Positions 39,206 through 49,998 are shown, numbered from the stretch's first letter. The stretch is DNA of 64,000 nucleotides from Tolypothrix carrinoi HA7290-LM1 (GCA_019358935.1 JAHHIK010000023.1:1-64000); one strand, 5' to 3'. Notes: generated by a model from the letters alone, not told the origin. Program-made: numbers and translations.

Positions 39206-41017
39206 TCACCCTAATCCCAGCTGTTGCTTTAAGGCGTCTGGCACGTTAACTGCTGTATCTAACCCGCGCACATTTTGCCAATGTTGATTTTCATTCCAAG
39301 TTAACTGTTCTAAATTAGCGTCGCTGAGGTCGGTATTGCCCAGAATGGCGTAGCTGAGGTTGCTATTACTGAGGTTGGCGCTGCTGAAAATAGCACCGCT
39401 GAGGTTGCTGCCACTGAGGTTGGCGCTGCTGAGGTTGGCGCCGCTGAAGTCTGTACCAAAGAGTACAGCTTCACTGAGGTCAGCACCACTTAGGTCAGCA
39501 TCGTTGAGAGTTACTCCACTCAAATCAGCTTGGTTGAGAGTCACTCCACTCAAATCGGTGTCGCTGAGGTCAGCACCTAAGAACATGACGCTGCTTAGGT
39601 TGGCATGATTTAGTTTGGCACCGTTGAGTTTGGCATAGCTGAGGTCAGCGGCAACAAGGATGGCGTCACTCAGGTTGGTGCTGAAAAGAATTGTGTCGCT
39701 GAGGTTGGTGCCGTTGAGTTTGGCGTCACTCAGATTAGCACCGCTGAGATCAGCGCGGCAAAGGTCGGCATGGTTGAGGTTGACGCCTTTCAGGTTGGCT
39801 TCGCTGAGGTTGGCACCAAAGAGGATGGTGTCACAAAGGTTAGCGCGGTTGAGGTCAGCATCCTTAAGGTTGCTGCTGCTAAGGTTGGCGCTACTGAGGT
39901 TAGCATTGCTGAGGTTGGTGCTGCTGAGGTCAGCGCTACTCAGGTCAGCGCGGTTGAGGTTTGCATTGCTGAGGTTGGCACCGCTGAGGTTTGCGCTGCT
40001 GAGGTCAACACCGCTGAGGTTCGCATTGCTGAGGTTGGCGCCGCTGAGGTTGGCATCGCCGAGGTTAGCACCTTTGAGGTTAGCATTGCTAAAGTTGACA
40101 CCAGTTAAGTTGGCATCACCGAGGTAAGTGTTTTTCAGGTTGGCTTGGCTGAAGTTAGCGCCAGTTAAGTTAGCATCGCCAAGGTAAGCACCGCTAAAGT
40201 TGCCACCTCGCAGAAATTCCCCGACTATATTACTAAAATTGCCAATTTCAATCGCATCGCTATAGCTAATAATTCGCAGTAGTTGAGATGTGAAAAAATT
40301 TTCTTGACCTGGTTGGGAAGATGGATAAAAGTTAATTTTTTGCTTTAAGTCGTCTTTTGTTTGAGCATAACGGTGTAATTCTAAAAGCAAAATCATCACG
40401 TTTAGTCCGGTCTGTATGTCTATCTGTCGCAGTCCGACGGTAATGTTTTGTGCTTGCAACTGCAACATTTTTTTCTGAGGCAAGTTATCATCAGGTGCAG
40501 CATCGATAAATTCTCCTTGACACCACCGGCGATAAAAATTTTCTAAACGCTGGAAAAGCAGCATAGGTCGAAATTCTTGACTGGTAGTCAGCAAGTTGAT
40601 TACTTGTTCGACTAATTCTTTAGTCAGCGTGGCGTTGCCTAAGATATTGTAAATCTGCTCGTGTAGTTGGCGATCGCTATTATTAAAGCTCAAACCACTA
40701 CCTGCTTTTGTCCATTCTTCTAACCTTTTTTGCAGCTGTTCCGGATATATAAATTCGTGCAAATTCTTTTGCGAAAACTCAATACTTTTATCTTGTTCTT
40801 TTATATTCTTTTCTAGAGGTAAAATTACTTCGGCTTCCACAGATGTTGTCATTGGCATCTGTTGTAACTCCGTCCCCTGAAGATAAGTTATCAAACGCTT
40901 CCAGACTTGAGACAAATGTGCCATTATTGTGTCCGTAGTTACTATACACCTACTGATGATTTGATGAAGATTACCTAAAGATTTTTTTATGTTTTCCGGA
41001 ATTAGTCTTTCTGGCAA
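39206..41017 (-). CDS. Pentapeptide repeat protein with long A(N/D)LSG tract
   Basis: About 300 aa of pentapeptide repeats after a helical N-terminal region. Confidence 0.93.
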   Translation of the reverse strand: MPERLIPENIKKSLGNLHQIISRCIVTTDTIMAHLSQVWKRLITYLQGTELQQMPMTTSVEAEVILPLEKNIKEQDKSIEFSQKNLHEFIYPEQLQKRLEEWTKAGSGLSFNNSDRQLHEQIYNILGNATLTKELVEQVINLLTTSQEFRPMLLFQRLENFYRRWCQGEFIDAAPDDNLPQKKMLQLQAQNITVGLRQIDIQTGLNVMILLLELHRYAQTKDDLKQKINFYPSSQPGQENFFTSQLLRIISYSDAIEIGNFSNIVGEFLRGGNFSGAYLGDANLTGANFSQANLKNTYLGDANLTGVNFSNANLKGANLGDANLSGANLSNANLSGVDLSSANLSGANLSNANLNRADLSSADLSSTNLSNANLSSANLSSSNLKDADLNRANLCDTILFGANLSEANLKGVNLNHADLCRADLSGANLSDAKLNGTNLSDTILFSTNLSDAILVAADLSYAKLNGAKLNHANLSSVMFLGADLSDTDLSGVTLNQADLSGVTLNDADLSGADLSEAVLFGTDFSGANLSSANLSGSNLSGAIFSSANLSNSNLSYAILGNTDLSDANLEQLTWNENQHWQNVRGLDTAVNVPDALKQQLGLG

Positions 41018-41392
41018 ATAGTATTATTTAGTACCATGATTTTTGAGGGAGTTCTAACTTGCTTTTCCTTTGGTTAAAAGTAAAATGTCAGATTGAAAAG
41101 TTTTTCCATTGTCAGTAAACTTTATCGATTTGGTCAAATTGTTATACTTTTTTTCAGCATATTTCCAGATTCAATGTAAAAATAATACGTACTCTGTGCT
41201 ACAAAGGCAATTGTTAGCAAAAATACTACAGCAAAAAAGTATAACAAAGCTCAAAATGTCGGTTAAAACTAAACTAAAAGCTTTCTGCTTGATATTAAGC
41301 AGCTAAAACGTGTTTTTCATTGACATAAGTTAATGAAGCAACCTTGCTTCGCTAGAAAAAAATTAAAAATTAATTAGGGGTCATTTTCAGGA

Positions 41393-44383
41393 ATGGATCG
41401 AATGAACAGGTTAACGTTTTGTGTGATTTTGTTGCATGGTTTGTGTCTATCAATAGCAAGCGTTAGCGCTAAGTCACCGTCTGTTAATGCGGTCAGTGAC
41501 ACCTTTTTGCACAAGGGTACACCTTCCTCACAAAGGTATAAGAAGACAGAAGTGACGGGTGTAGAGGCTTTTTCCCTTGACACACCGCGCTACTCCCAGA
41601 AAGCGAATGCTAATTTACACAATAAATTTGGGCTACCGAGAGAACAAGTATGGGTAATCGACAGTAACAAACACGCTTTGCGTCAGCCTTTTATTTGGGT
41701 CGTTAAAGACAACAAAAAAGCTGCACAGCAACCATTTTTACAAGTGGGAAAAGTCCCCGACAAACCGGTTGAAAAGCCTAATACTACCACTAAACCAACC
41801 AAAAAGGATGAATTACAACAATTTGATGAGGTAATTAAAGACACCCAAAAACAACAGGGACTGTTTACCCTTTACCGTAATAAAGACAAGAATAAAATTT
41901 ATTTAGAAATTAAACCAGAGCAACTAAATAAAAATTATCTAGCCAATGCAACGCTAGAATCAGGAATTGGCGAACGCGGTATTTATAGCGGGATGCCTTT
42001 GCAAGATTTTTTATTTTACTTCCAACGGGTAAATAATAAGTTGCATTTTGTCGTCCGCAATGTTAATTTTCGTACTCGCGAAGGAGATCCACAAGCGCGA
42101 TCACTTGCGCGTTCTTTTAGTGACTCGGTTCTCTACACCATCCCCATCAAAAGCATCAACTCTCAAAGCAAAACGATTCTCATCGACTTAAGCGACTTGT
42201 TACTTACCGACATAGCGGGAGTATCCGCGAGTTTGGGAATTCCCGCTAATAAAGATGATTCCTATTTTGGTAATGCCAAAGCTTTCCCGGCAAACATGGA
42301 AATTGAATCTATTTTAAATTTCACCGGCGGCGGGAGTAAGGACAAACCTGTACCAAATTTTGCTACACTACCTGATGACCGTGGCTTTACCCTGCGGGTG
42401 CATTACAGTATTTCCCAACTACCAGAAAACAACTATCAACCGCGTTTGGCTGATGAACGTATTGGCTATTTTATCACCGCTTATCAAGATTTATCTGACG
42501 ACGATCGCGGCGATCCGTTTGTCCGCTACATCAATCGCTGGAAGTTGGAAAAACAAGATGCGAATGCGGCAATTTCCCCACCGAAAAAACCGATTGTTTT
42601 TTGGATTGATAACGCCGTTCCTCTAGAATACCGCGATGCAATCAAAGAAGGCGTTCTCATGTGGAATAAAGCTTTTGAAAAAGCTGGATTTCAAGATGCG
42701 ATTCAAGTACAGCAAATGCCGGATAACGCTGCTTGGGACCCGGCAGATATCCGCTACAATACTATCCGCTGGATTAACACGGTGGATGGATATTTTGCCC
42801 TAGGACCATCTCGCGTTAACCCGCTAACTGGGGAAATTTTAGACGCAGATATTTTAGTAGACGCTAGCTTTGTCCGTGCCCTGAAAAAAGATTATCGCGA
42901 TATTGTCCAACCGAGTCAAGGAGAAAATCGCACTTCTTTATCAGCGTTGATGCAAAATCGGCTGCTTTGCACCAATGGTTTAGAAGCTAACGATACTCCC
43001 AACCAAAAGCCGCAAGCCGAAAATAAATTGTTAAATCGTTTATCGAAAATGGCAGGTGAGTACGATTTGTGCTATGGCTTAGAAGCTGCAAATCAGTTTG
43101 CGATTGGGACAACGGCAATGTCACTGTTGCAAAACACACCACCGACTAGCGAACAAGTAAAAGACTATATCCATCAATATATACGCTTAATTATTGCTCA
43201 CGAAGTTGGACACACTCTCGGTTTACGTCATAACTTCCGTGGTAGTACTTTACTGCCTCCAGAAGAAATGAACAATACTAAAATCACTCGCAGCAAAGGT
43301 TTAACTACCTCGGTAATGGATTATATCCCCCCGAATATCGCACCGACCGGGGTGAAGCAGGGAGATTATTTTCCAAATATGGTGGGACCTTATGATGAAT
43401 GGGCAATTAAATACGGCTACACATCAATTCCAGCAACCACTCCCGCAGCGGAAAAACCAGCCTTGAGTGCGATCGCTCAACAATCTGACAAGCCTGAGTT
43501 AACTTATTCTACAGATGAGGATGTGTCTGACCTCGACCCAACCGCCGATGCTTGGGACAATAGTAGTAATGTGCTGCTTTATTCGCAGTGGCAGTTAGAA
43601 AATTCCCGTGTAATGTGGGATAGGCTAAATCAGCGGTATCCTTTAGCTGGCGATAGTTACAGTGATGTGACGGAACGCTTTAGTACGGTATTAAGTAACT
43701 ATTTTCAGAATATTTATTATACTACGAAATACATTGGCGGACAGTCTTTTTACCGAGTTAAAGGAGGCGATCGCCAAGGTAGATTACCGTTTGAACCAGT
43801 AACAGTAGAAAAGCAACGGCAAGCGTTAGCGACGTTACAACAGTATATGTTTGCAGAAAATGCGCTCACCTTCTCGCCGGAACTGCTGAATAAATTAGCA
43901 CCATCGCGGTGGCGACATTGGGGTAGTAAAACTCGTACCGGGCGTTTGGATTATCCGATACACGATTTGATATTAAACATGCAGAGTATGGTGTTGCGAG
44001 AATTGCTATCAAGCGATCGCATTTCTCGACTCAGCGACATTGAACTTAAAAGTCCTCCTGGGAAAGCTTTGACTTTGCCAGAACTATTTGATACTTTGCA
44101 AAATGGTATTTGGACGGAAGTTCTCAAACCAGACGGCAAACAAATGAAAATTAGTAGTTTGCGCCGAGGCTTGCAACAAGAATATCTTGATTTGTTGACA
44201 GCGATGGTATTGCGAAAACAACGAGTACCAGAAGATGCGCGGACAATGGCATGGTATAAGTTAAAACAATTGCAAGAAAAGCTTAATGGAGCAGATTCAA
44301 AAGACGAATATACGAAAGCGCACCTATTACAAACACGCGATCGGATCGAGAAAGTCTTAAACGCCCCATTACAAGGCAATTAA
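41393..44383 (+). CDS. Secreted zinc-dependent metalloprotease (DUF5117/DUF5118/EcxA-like)
   Basis: Signal peptide, PRLADERIGYF, WNKAFEKAGF, HEVGHTLGLRHNF, SVMDY Met-turn. Confidence 0.92.
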   Translation: MDRMNRLTFCVILLHGLCLSIASVSAKSPSVNAVSDTFLHKGTPSSQRYKKTEVTGVEAFSLDTPRYSQKANANLHNKFGLPREQVWVIDSNKHALRQPFIWVVKDNKKAAQQPFLQVGKVPDKPVEKPNTTTKPTKKDELQQFDEVIKDTQKQQGLFTLYRNKDKNKIYLEIKPEQLNKNYLANATLESGIGERGIYSGMPLQDFLFYFQRVNNKLHFVVRNVNFRTREGDPQARSLARSFSDSVLYTIPIKSINSQSKTILIDLSDLLLTDIAGVSASLGIPANKDDSYFGNAKAFPANMEIESILNFTGGGSKDKPVPNFATLPDDRGFTLRVHYSISQLPENNYQPRLADERIGYFITAYQDLSDDDRGDPFVRYINRWKLEKQDANAAISPPKKPIVFWIDNAVPLEYRDAIKEGVLMWNKAFEKAGFQDAIQVQQMPDNAAWDPADIRYNTIRWINTVDGYFALGPSRVNPLTGEILDADILVDASFVRALKKDYRDIVQPSQGENRTSLSALMQNRLLCTNGLEANDTPNQKPQAENKLLNRLSKMAGEYDLCYGLEAANQFAIGTTAMSLLQNTPPTSEQVKDYIHQYIRLIIAHEVGHTLGLRHNFRGSTLLPPEEMNNTKITRSKGLTTSVMDYIPPNIAPTGVKQGDYFPNMVGPYDEWAIKYGYTSIPATTPAAEKPALSAIAQQSDKPELTYSTDEDVSDLDPTADAWDNSSNVLLYSQWQLENSRVMWDRLNQRYPLAGDSYSDVTERFSTVLSNYFQNIYYTTKYIGGQSFYRVKGGDRQGRLPFEPVTVEKQRQALATLQQYMFAENALTFSPELLNKLAPSRWRHWGSKTRTGRLDYPIHDLILNMQSMVLRELLSSDRISRLSDIELKSPPGKALTLPELFDTLQNGIWTEVLKPDGKQMKISSLRRGLQQEYLDLLTAMVLRKQRVPEDARTMAWYKLKQLQEKLNGADSKDEYTKAHLLQTRDRIEKVLNAPLQGN

Positions 44384-44389
44384 CCCCGT

Positions 44390-44430
44390 CGGTTTTCTCG
44401 TTGCTGCGCTCTGCGCGGCAACGAGAAAAG
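44390..44430. terminator. Hairpin between convergent genes (probable terminator)
   Basis: TTTTCTCGTTGCTGCGC-TCT-GCGCGGCAACGAGAAAA. Confidence 0.65.
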
Positions 44431-44443
44431 AGCGCCCGTGAAA

Positions 44444-44992
44444 TCAGCAACCACCAGCCCATGTCACCCATTTGTGAGATAAGCCTACATGCATCATTGA
44501 ACCAGCAATTTCCTGTTCAGTGATGGTCGCTCCATTTATATTTGTGTTGTTAAATTCTGCTTCATTCAAATTGCTGCCAATCAAATTTGCCTTTTCAAGA
44601 TTGGCTCCACTTAAATCGGCTCCACTCAATTCTGCCTCGCTGAGGTTAGCTCCAATCAAGTTTGCCTGCACTAAATTTGCACTCCGCAAATCAGCGCGAC
44701 TTAAGTTAGTTCCCTCCAAGTTTACCTTAATCAGGTCTGCCCCGATAAAGTTTACCTCACTCAAATTAGCATCCTTTAAGTTGGCTCCATTTAGGTCTGC
44801 ATCAGTTAAGTTTGACCGACTCAAATCGGCTCCACTTAAATCGGCTCGACTGAGGTCAGCTCCACTCAAATCGGCTCCACCTAAATTTACACCTTTCAAA
44901 TCCGCATCAGAAAGGTTTGCTTGATGCAAATTTGCTCCATTGAAATTCCGTTCTCCTGCTGCATATTGATTCAGGAGTTTGTTAGTATCCAT
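44444..44992 (-). CDS. Pentapeptide repeat protein
   Basis: MDTNKLLNQYAAGERNF start followed by ANL/ADL repeats; GGCGAGG upstream. Confidence 0.93.
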   Translation of the reverse strand: MDTNKLLNQYAAGERNFNGANLHQANLSDADLKGVNLGGADLSGADLSRADLSGADLSRSNLTDADLNGANLKDANLSEVNFIGADLIKVNLEGTNLSRADLRSANLVQANLIGANLSEAELSGADLSGANLEKANLIGSNLNEAEFNNTNINGATITEQEIAGSMMHVGLSHKWVTWAGGC

Positions 44993-45178
44993 GTTGTTTG
45001 CCTCGCCATGTCTACAGGTAATGTAAATAACCCTCAAACCACACGAAGACATTTAGAAATTTCGTAGTGAGCGATTTATCGCTCAATTTAAAGCGAGTAC
45101 AGCGCTTACTACGTAATTCTTATTTTGCTAGAATTTCTCTGTTGTTGATCGTTTGCTTCATGGAAATACATATCAACA

Positions 45179-45207
45179 GTAGAGACGTTCCGATGGAACA
45201 TCTCTAC
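45179..45207. repeat. GTAG-type palindromic repeat (GTAGAGACGTTCC...CTAC family)
   Basis: Same family as 21708-21736 and 60982-61010. Confidence 0.8.
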
Positions 45208-45225
45208 AAACATATCGCCATCAAA

Positions 45226-46194
45226 TCAAGCTTGATGTGGTGTACCATGTCTTAATAACTCAAGAAGCTTAAGCTCAATTTTCTCTCTCACTAACTGGTT
45301 GCCTTGTAAGTTAAGGTGAATGTGGTCTTGATAGATAGATTTTGGCTCTTTGATGGCGTTGAATGTCGGCAGATAATCTATATAAGTAATTTGCTGCGCT
45401 TCGGTAAAATCTTTGAGTCGCTGACGTGCGATAATTTCATAATCGCGTGAACCTGGTTTCCCAATTTCTCGCAGTAAGGGAGTCATCACTAACAGAAATT
45501 CACAGTTATTTTCACGAGTCAATGCTTGAATTTTGCTAATTGCTTCGAGATTAATCCCGACGCGATCGCCTTTCTCGTCTTGCACTGCTTTTAGTTCTGG
45601 AATTAACTTTTGTTTTCGTATTTGTCGTTCAAATACTTCCACCAACGCTAAAGCCGGTTTACTATCTGGATAGTTGCGATCGCGTCCTACTGGTAAAGAT
45701 GTCGGAGCCGTAGCAAACAAATCATCGGTATTAATTAGTAACACCACCGCCTGAGCGTTGAAAGTTCCAAACCGCTGCAAATACGCTAATTCATTTCTCG
45801 GTCCCCAAGAGTTAGCTGAAGCATTCAGCACTTCTACTTCCGGATATTTACCGTTAGTTACCGCCCTCAAAGAACGCATCATCAAGCTAGAAATTGTATT
45901 ATCTTGGTCTGTCCACCAGCCACCATTGGCGATAGAATCGCCTAATAGCAGCACCCGCAGCGTTGAGGGCGAACAAGTTTTTTCTATTGGCGCACTTCGC
46001 ATAGAATACTGATTAATTTCAATGCGATTACCAAAGCGACGAGTACGCTGATTTGGGGCTAACAAATAACCAATCTGCTCATCACCGATGTAAATTGGAG
46101 GATTGCCAAAACCAAAAAGCGATCGCAGTCCTACCTCTATCATCACAAACAATGCGGCTAATACCATCAAAATTATTACAAGCGCAACTTTCAC
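45226..46194 (-). CDS. SGNH/GDSL hydrolase family protein
   Basis: N-terminal TM, LLLGDSIANG, NTDD, DHIHLN..G. Confidence 0.9.
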   Translation of the reverse strand: MKVALVIILMVLAALFVMIEVGLRSLFGFGNPPIYIGDEQIGYLLAPNQRTRRFGNRIEINQYSMRSAPIEKTCSPSTLRVLLLGDSIANGGWWTDQDNTISSLMMRSLRAVTNGKYPEVEVLNASANSWGPRNELAYLQRFGTFNAQAVVLLINTDDLFATAPTSLPVGRDRNYPDSKPALALVEVFERQIRKQKLIPELKAVQDEKGDRVGINLEAISKIQALTRENNCEFLLVMTPLLREIGKPGSRDYEIIARQRLKDFTEAQQITYIDYLPTFNAIKEPKSIYQDHIHLNLQGNQLVREKIELKLLELLRHGTPHQA

Positions 46195-46510
46195 CTTTCA
46201 ACGCCCTCAACGGTGACACAAAGTAATAAATTCTACCAAAAATTCTCAAAAACGAGTTGCGATATATACTTAACTACTTCAATCTTGCTTAGATTCCGCT
46301 TTAAGTGTATTTACGGTAAATATTTTTGATTGATATCAGTTACAAAATTGTCTAAGCCTTAATCTACGTCTAAAGACATAAGTAATATTATGGATGTAAA
46401 TTTTGCCCAGCTTTGCTGAAAATTAATTTAAGTTTAGTTGCACATGCAAATAGAAAGACTACAATCAAAGCGGGCAAATGAGCACGCTATCAAAGGAGAC
46501 GCACATTTTT

Positions 46511-46651
46511 ATGTCCGACTTAAACCGAGGAATCATGAAGTTTAAGGGCGCAGATTCTCCAAAAGCGGTAACTATCTCTACCGTGCTGCTTTTGGGGTCG
46601 ATCGCTGCTCTGATTATTTGGGCGCTGCAAGCTGCCTATGCGATAAACTAA
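46511..46651 (+). CDS. ndhQ: NDH-1L small subunit NdhQ (46 aa), not in the ORF track
   Basis: MSDLNRGIMKFKGADSPKAVTISTVLLLGSIAALIIWALQAAYAIN* matches the recalled NdhQ pattern D.NRGIMKF.GADSP...WAL..AY; AAGGAG RBS. Confidence 0.88.
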   Translation: MSDLNRGIMKFKGADSPKAVTISTVLLLGSIAALIIWALQAAYAIN

Positions 46652-47106
46652 GGATATTAGCAGCTGTTGAGGGACACTCGCAAGGAAAGTTTGCCAAATT
46701 TAAAATTCTGACGAATCTATCTTTGTCTTAAGTGTTTCTCACCAGCTACCTAAAACGCTCTGAAAATAATTTATAAAAATTTTATATTTTCGAGTTGAAA
46801 TTTCACATATAAGAAGTTAAATCTGGCTATCGTGAAAACAGGGTGTGAAATGTATTCTAGATGCGATCGACACAGAAACGCAGTTAAGCTTAAACGCAGG
46901 CGTCTACCTATATTATTTTTAAATTACTTATAGTACTTGACTTCGGTTTCAACCCCCAAGTATTTATATTTATTAATTTATGTAACTATTATCGGCAAAG
47001 GCATCCAAAATTTTAGATGCATCTGCCCTTGGTTTCTATATGAAAAAATCGCCTTTGTTGATGGCACAAAGAGCCAAGACTATAAATCTCAAACCCACAA
47101 TCCACA

Positions 47107-49998
47107 ATGCTTGAACTCTGGGGTGCCTTAATTATTTTAATTGTCTGCCCTCTCCTGGGGGCACTACCGCTAATTGACTGGATTACCCAAGCTTTAAATG
47201 GGCGGCAATTAGCACACGTAGGTACTGGTAATATTAGTGTTTCAGCCGCATTTTATCACGGTGGCAGACTAATAGGAATTCTGGCGGTATTGTCAGAAGC
47301 GTTGAAGGGAATTGCCGCTGTCTTACTTGCCCGTGCTTTCTTTGGAGAGGGATCGGCTTGGGAATTGATTGCCCTGATTGCCTTAGTAGTAGGACGATAC
47401 TGGGTAGCAAAAGGTGCTGGAACGACAAATGTTGCTTGGGGATTTGCCGTACACGATCCGCTGGTAGCTGGATTTGTGCTTTTTCTGGTAACTATTACCT
47501 TTAGTGTTGTTCGCAACAAAAAATTGGCAAAATACGGGGTTTTGGTGTTGTTTCCTTTGCTTGTCACACTTTTCCACGCTCAGGATTTACCGAGAATCAT
47601 CGCTGCTGTTGCTTTAGCGGTGTTACTTGGCTGGATTTATAAACGAATTCCGGATGACTTGAATTTACCAACCGAAAACGCTGAAAAAAATTCGCAAGCA
47701 GCTAATAAATTTTTTCGCGGTCAGACAAATATTGTTTCTTTAGATGACGATTTGGATGCTGCGTTATTCGGACAAAAAGCAGCTACTTTATCTCAAGTTA
47801 AGCGCTGGGGTTATCCAGTGCCGAAAGGGTGGGTACTGGCACCTGATGACGACGCAGAAGCATTAGTAGAAATTATGTATCCTTCAGAATTATCGCCTCT
47901 GGTGGTGCGTTCCTCGGCGATTGGGGAAGACTCAGAACAAGCTTCTGCTGCCGGACAGTATGAAACAATTTTAAATGTTACCAACAAACAGGAATTGCGA
48001 GAAGCGATCGCCCTGACTCAAGCTTCTTACAATCAACCAACTGCGATGCAATATCGACGCGATCGCGGTTCCCAAGAAGCAGCAATGGCTGTGCTAGTTC
48101 AACAACAAGTCCAAAGTGTATATTCTGGGGTAGCTTTCAGCCGCGATCCGATTACTCGACAAGGAGAAGCGATCGTCATTGAAGCCTTACCAGGAAGTCC
48201 GACGCAAATCGTTTCCGGACGAGTCACACCAGAACAATATCGCGCTTTTGTCGTCGAAACCGAAAATTTTAAGTTTGTGCAATTAGAAGGCACAGGACAA
48301 GTACCGCAAGCTTTAATTAAACAAGTTGCTTACTTATGCCGACATTTAGAAGAACGTTTTCACGGCATTCCTCAAGATATCGAGTGGAGTTATGACGGTC
48401 AAACACTTTGGATATTACAAGCACGACCTATCACCACTTTACTACCAATTTGGACTCGCAAAATCGCCGCCGAAGTAATTCCCGGATTGATTCGTCCCTT
48501 AACTTGGTCGATTAACCGTCCTTTAACTTGCGGCGTTTGGGGAGAACTTTTTACAATCGTTTTAGGCGATCGCGCTGATGGATTAGACTTTAAAGAAACC
48601 GCCACGCTTCATTATTCTAGAGCATATTTTAATGCATCCCTCTTAGGGCAGATTTTCTTAAGAATGGGTTTACCGCCGGAAAGTCTGGAATTCTTAACCA
48701 GAGGTTCCAAGATGAGTAAACCGCCTTTGGATTCTACCTTGAAGAATCTACCCGGATTGGCGAAGTTGCTCAGACGCGAATTAAATTTAGAAAAAGACTT
48801 TAAGCGCGATTATCACAGAAGATTTGTGCCTGGTTTGTCGCAGTTGACGCAAGAATTTATCGATGACTTCGATCCGCCGAGATTGTTAAAGAGAATTGAC
48901 TTTATCTTAGAATTGCTGCGAATTGCGACTTATTACAGCATTTTAGCTCCTTTAAGCGTAGCGCTGCGCCAAGGAATTTTTCGGGTAAAAGATGGCAAAA
49001 TTGATAACAGCGTCACACCAGAAGTAGCAGCAATGCGCCAGCTGAGTGCATTAGCCGCAGAAGCCAAACAGGTATTACCTTCAGTCGAACCACAGCAAGT
49101 ATTTGAGCAATTAGCACCAACCCCAGAAGGGCAGAAAATTTTACAACAATTCGACGACTTGCTTCAAGATTACGGCTATTTAAGTGAAGTTGGAACTGAT
49201 ATTGCCGTTCCCACCTGGAAGGAAGATCCCCAAGCGATAAAGCAGTTATTTGTGCAGTTGATGCAGGATTACCAACCGCTGATAGATAATTTAGAAGGAA
49301 TTTATCGTCCGCGAAAACAAAAGAAAAAGCGAGGATTTGTACAGCAGCGCGTGGATCTCAAAGGACGAGTTACTGAGGTATACTCGCGCTTGTTAGGTGA
49401 GTTGCGCTGGTGTTTTTTGGCTTTGGAGAAGATTTGGTTACAAGCCGGCTTGTTGAAGGAAAAAGGAGATATCTTTTTTCTAGAATTGAATGAAGTGCGG
49501 CAATTGATAGAAAATTGGGATGCTCGATTGATTAATCAGTTGCAAGACTCAGTGTTAGTTAGGCGATCGCAACTTACAGAAGACAGTCAATTAAATCAAA
49601 TACCTCTTTTAGTCTACGGCAATGCTCCCCCCGTCCCGCTAGCTCTTTCTAAGCTAACCTCCGATCAAATATTACAAGGTATTCCCGCCAGTCACGGACA
49701 AGCCGAGGGAAGAGTCAAGGTGTTGCGGAATTTACAAGATATACCAGAAATTGACCGAGATACGATATTGGTAGTGCCTTATACCGATTCCGGCTGGGCA
49801 CCGCTATTAGTTAGAGCCGGTGGCTTAATTGCCGAAGCTGGTGGAAGATTATCTCACGGGGCGATCGTCGCTCGTGAATATGGTATACCAGCGGTGATGG
49901 ATGTACGCGGTGCTACCTGGTTGCTGCAAGATGGTCAACGAGTCAGAATCGATGGCTATCGCGGTATTGTGGAATTATCTAATGATTTAAGACCGTAG
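47107..49998 (+). CDS. PlsY-like acyltransferase domain fused to PPDK-type ATP-grasp and His-swivel (PEP-utiliser) domains
   Basis: TM region with GTGNISVSA, EALKG, GAGTTN; then GQKAATL, VRSSAIGED..QASAAGQYET, QDIEW, LQARPIT; C-terminal GGRLSHGAIVAREYGIPAV. Confidence 0.88.
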   Translation: MLELWGALIILIVCPLLGALPLIDWITQALNGRQLAHVGTGNISVSAAFYHGGRLIGILAVLSEALKGIAAVLLARAFFGEGSAWELIALIALVVGRYWVAKGAGTTNVAWGFAVHDPLVAGFVLFLVTITFSVVRNKKLAKYGVLVLFPLLVTLFHAQDLPRIIAAVALAVLLGWIYKRIPDDLNLPTENAEKNSQAANKFFRGQTNIVSLDDDLDAALFGQKAATLSQVKRWGYPVPKGWVLAPDDDAEALVEIMYPSELSPLVVRSSAIGEDSEQASAAGQYETILNVTNKQELREAIALTQASYNQPTAMQYRRDRGSQEAAMAVLVQQQVQSVYSGVAFSRDPITRQGEAIVIEALPGSPTQIVSGRVTPEQYRAFVVETENFKFVQLEGTGQVPQALIKQVAYLCRHLEERFHGIPQDIEWSYDGQTLWILQARPITTLLPIWTRKIAAEVIPGLIRPLTWSINRPLTCGVWGELFTIVLGDRADGLDFKETATLHYSRAYFNASLLGQIFLRMGLPPESLEFLTRGSKMSKPPLDSTLKNLPGLAKLLRRELNLEKDFKRDYHRRFVPGLSQLTQEFIDDFDPPRLLKRIDFILELLRIATYYSILAPLSVALRQGIFRVKDGKIDNSVTPEVAAMRQLSALAAEAKQVLPSVEPQQVFEQLAPTPEGQKILQQFDDLLQDYGYLSEVGTDIAVPTWKEDPQAIKQLFVQLMQDYQPLIDNLEGIYRPRKQKKKRGFVQQRVDLKGRVTEVYSRLLGELRWCFLALEKIWLQAGLLKEKGDIFFLELNEVRQLIENWDARLINQLQDSVLVRRSQLTEDSQLNQIPLLVYGNAPPVPLALSKLTSDQILQGIPASHGQAEGRVKVLRNLQDIPEIDRDTILVVPYTDSGWAPLLVRAGGLIAEAGGRLSHGAIVAREYGIPAVMDVRGATWLLQDGQRVRIDGYRGIVELSNDLRP

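Noticed and set aside
39360..40127. Leu/Arg-rich plus-strand ORFs (also 44520-44924)
   Set aside because: Antisense shadows of pentapeptide repeat genes.
41460..41605. Possible structured in-frame insertion in the metalloprotease N-terminus
   Set aside because: Only weak short repeats (ACACCTT...CACAA.GGT twice) with no definable ends or target duplication.
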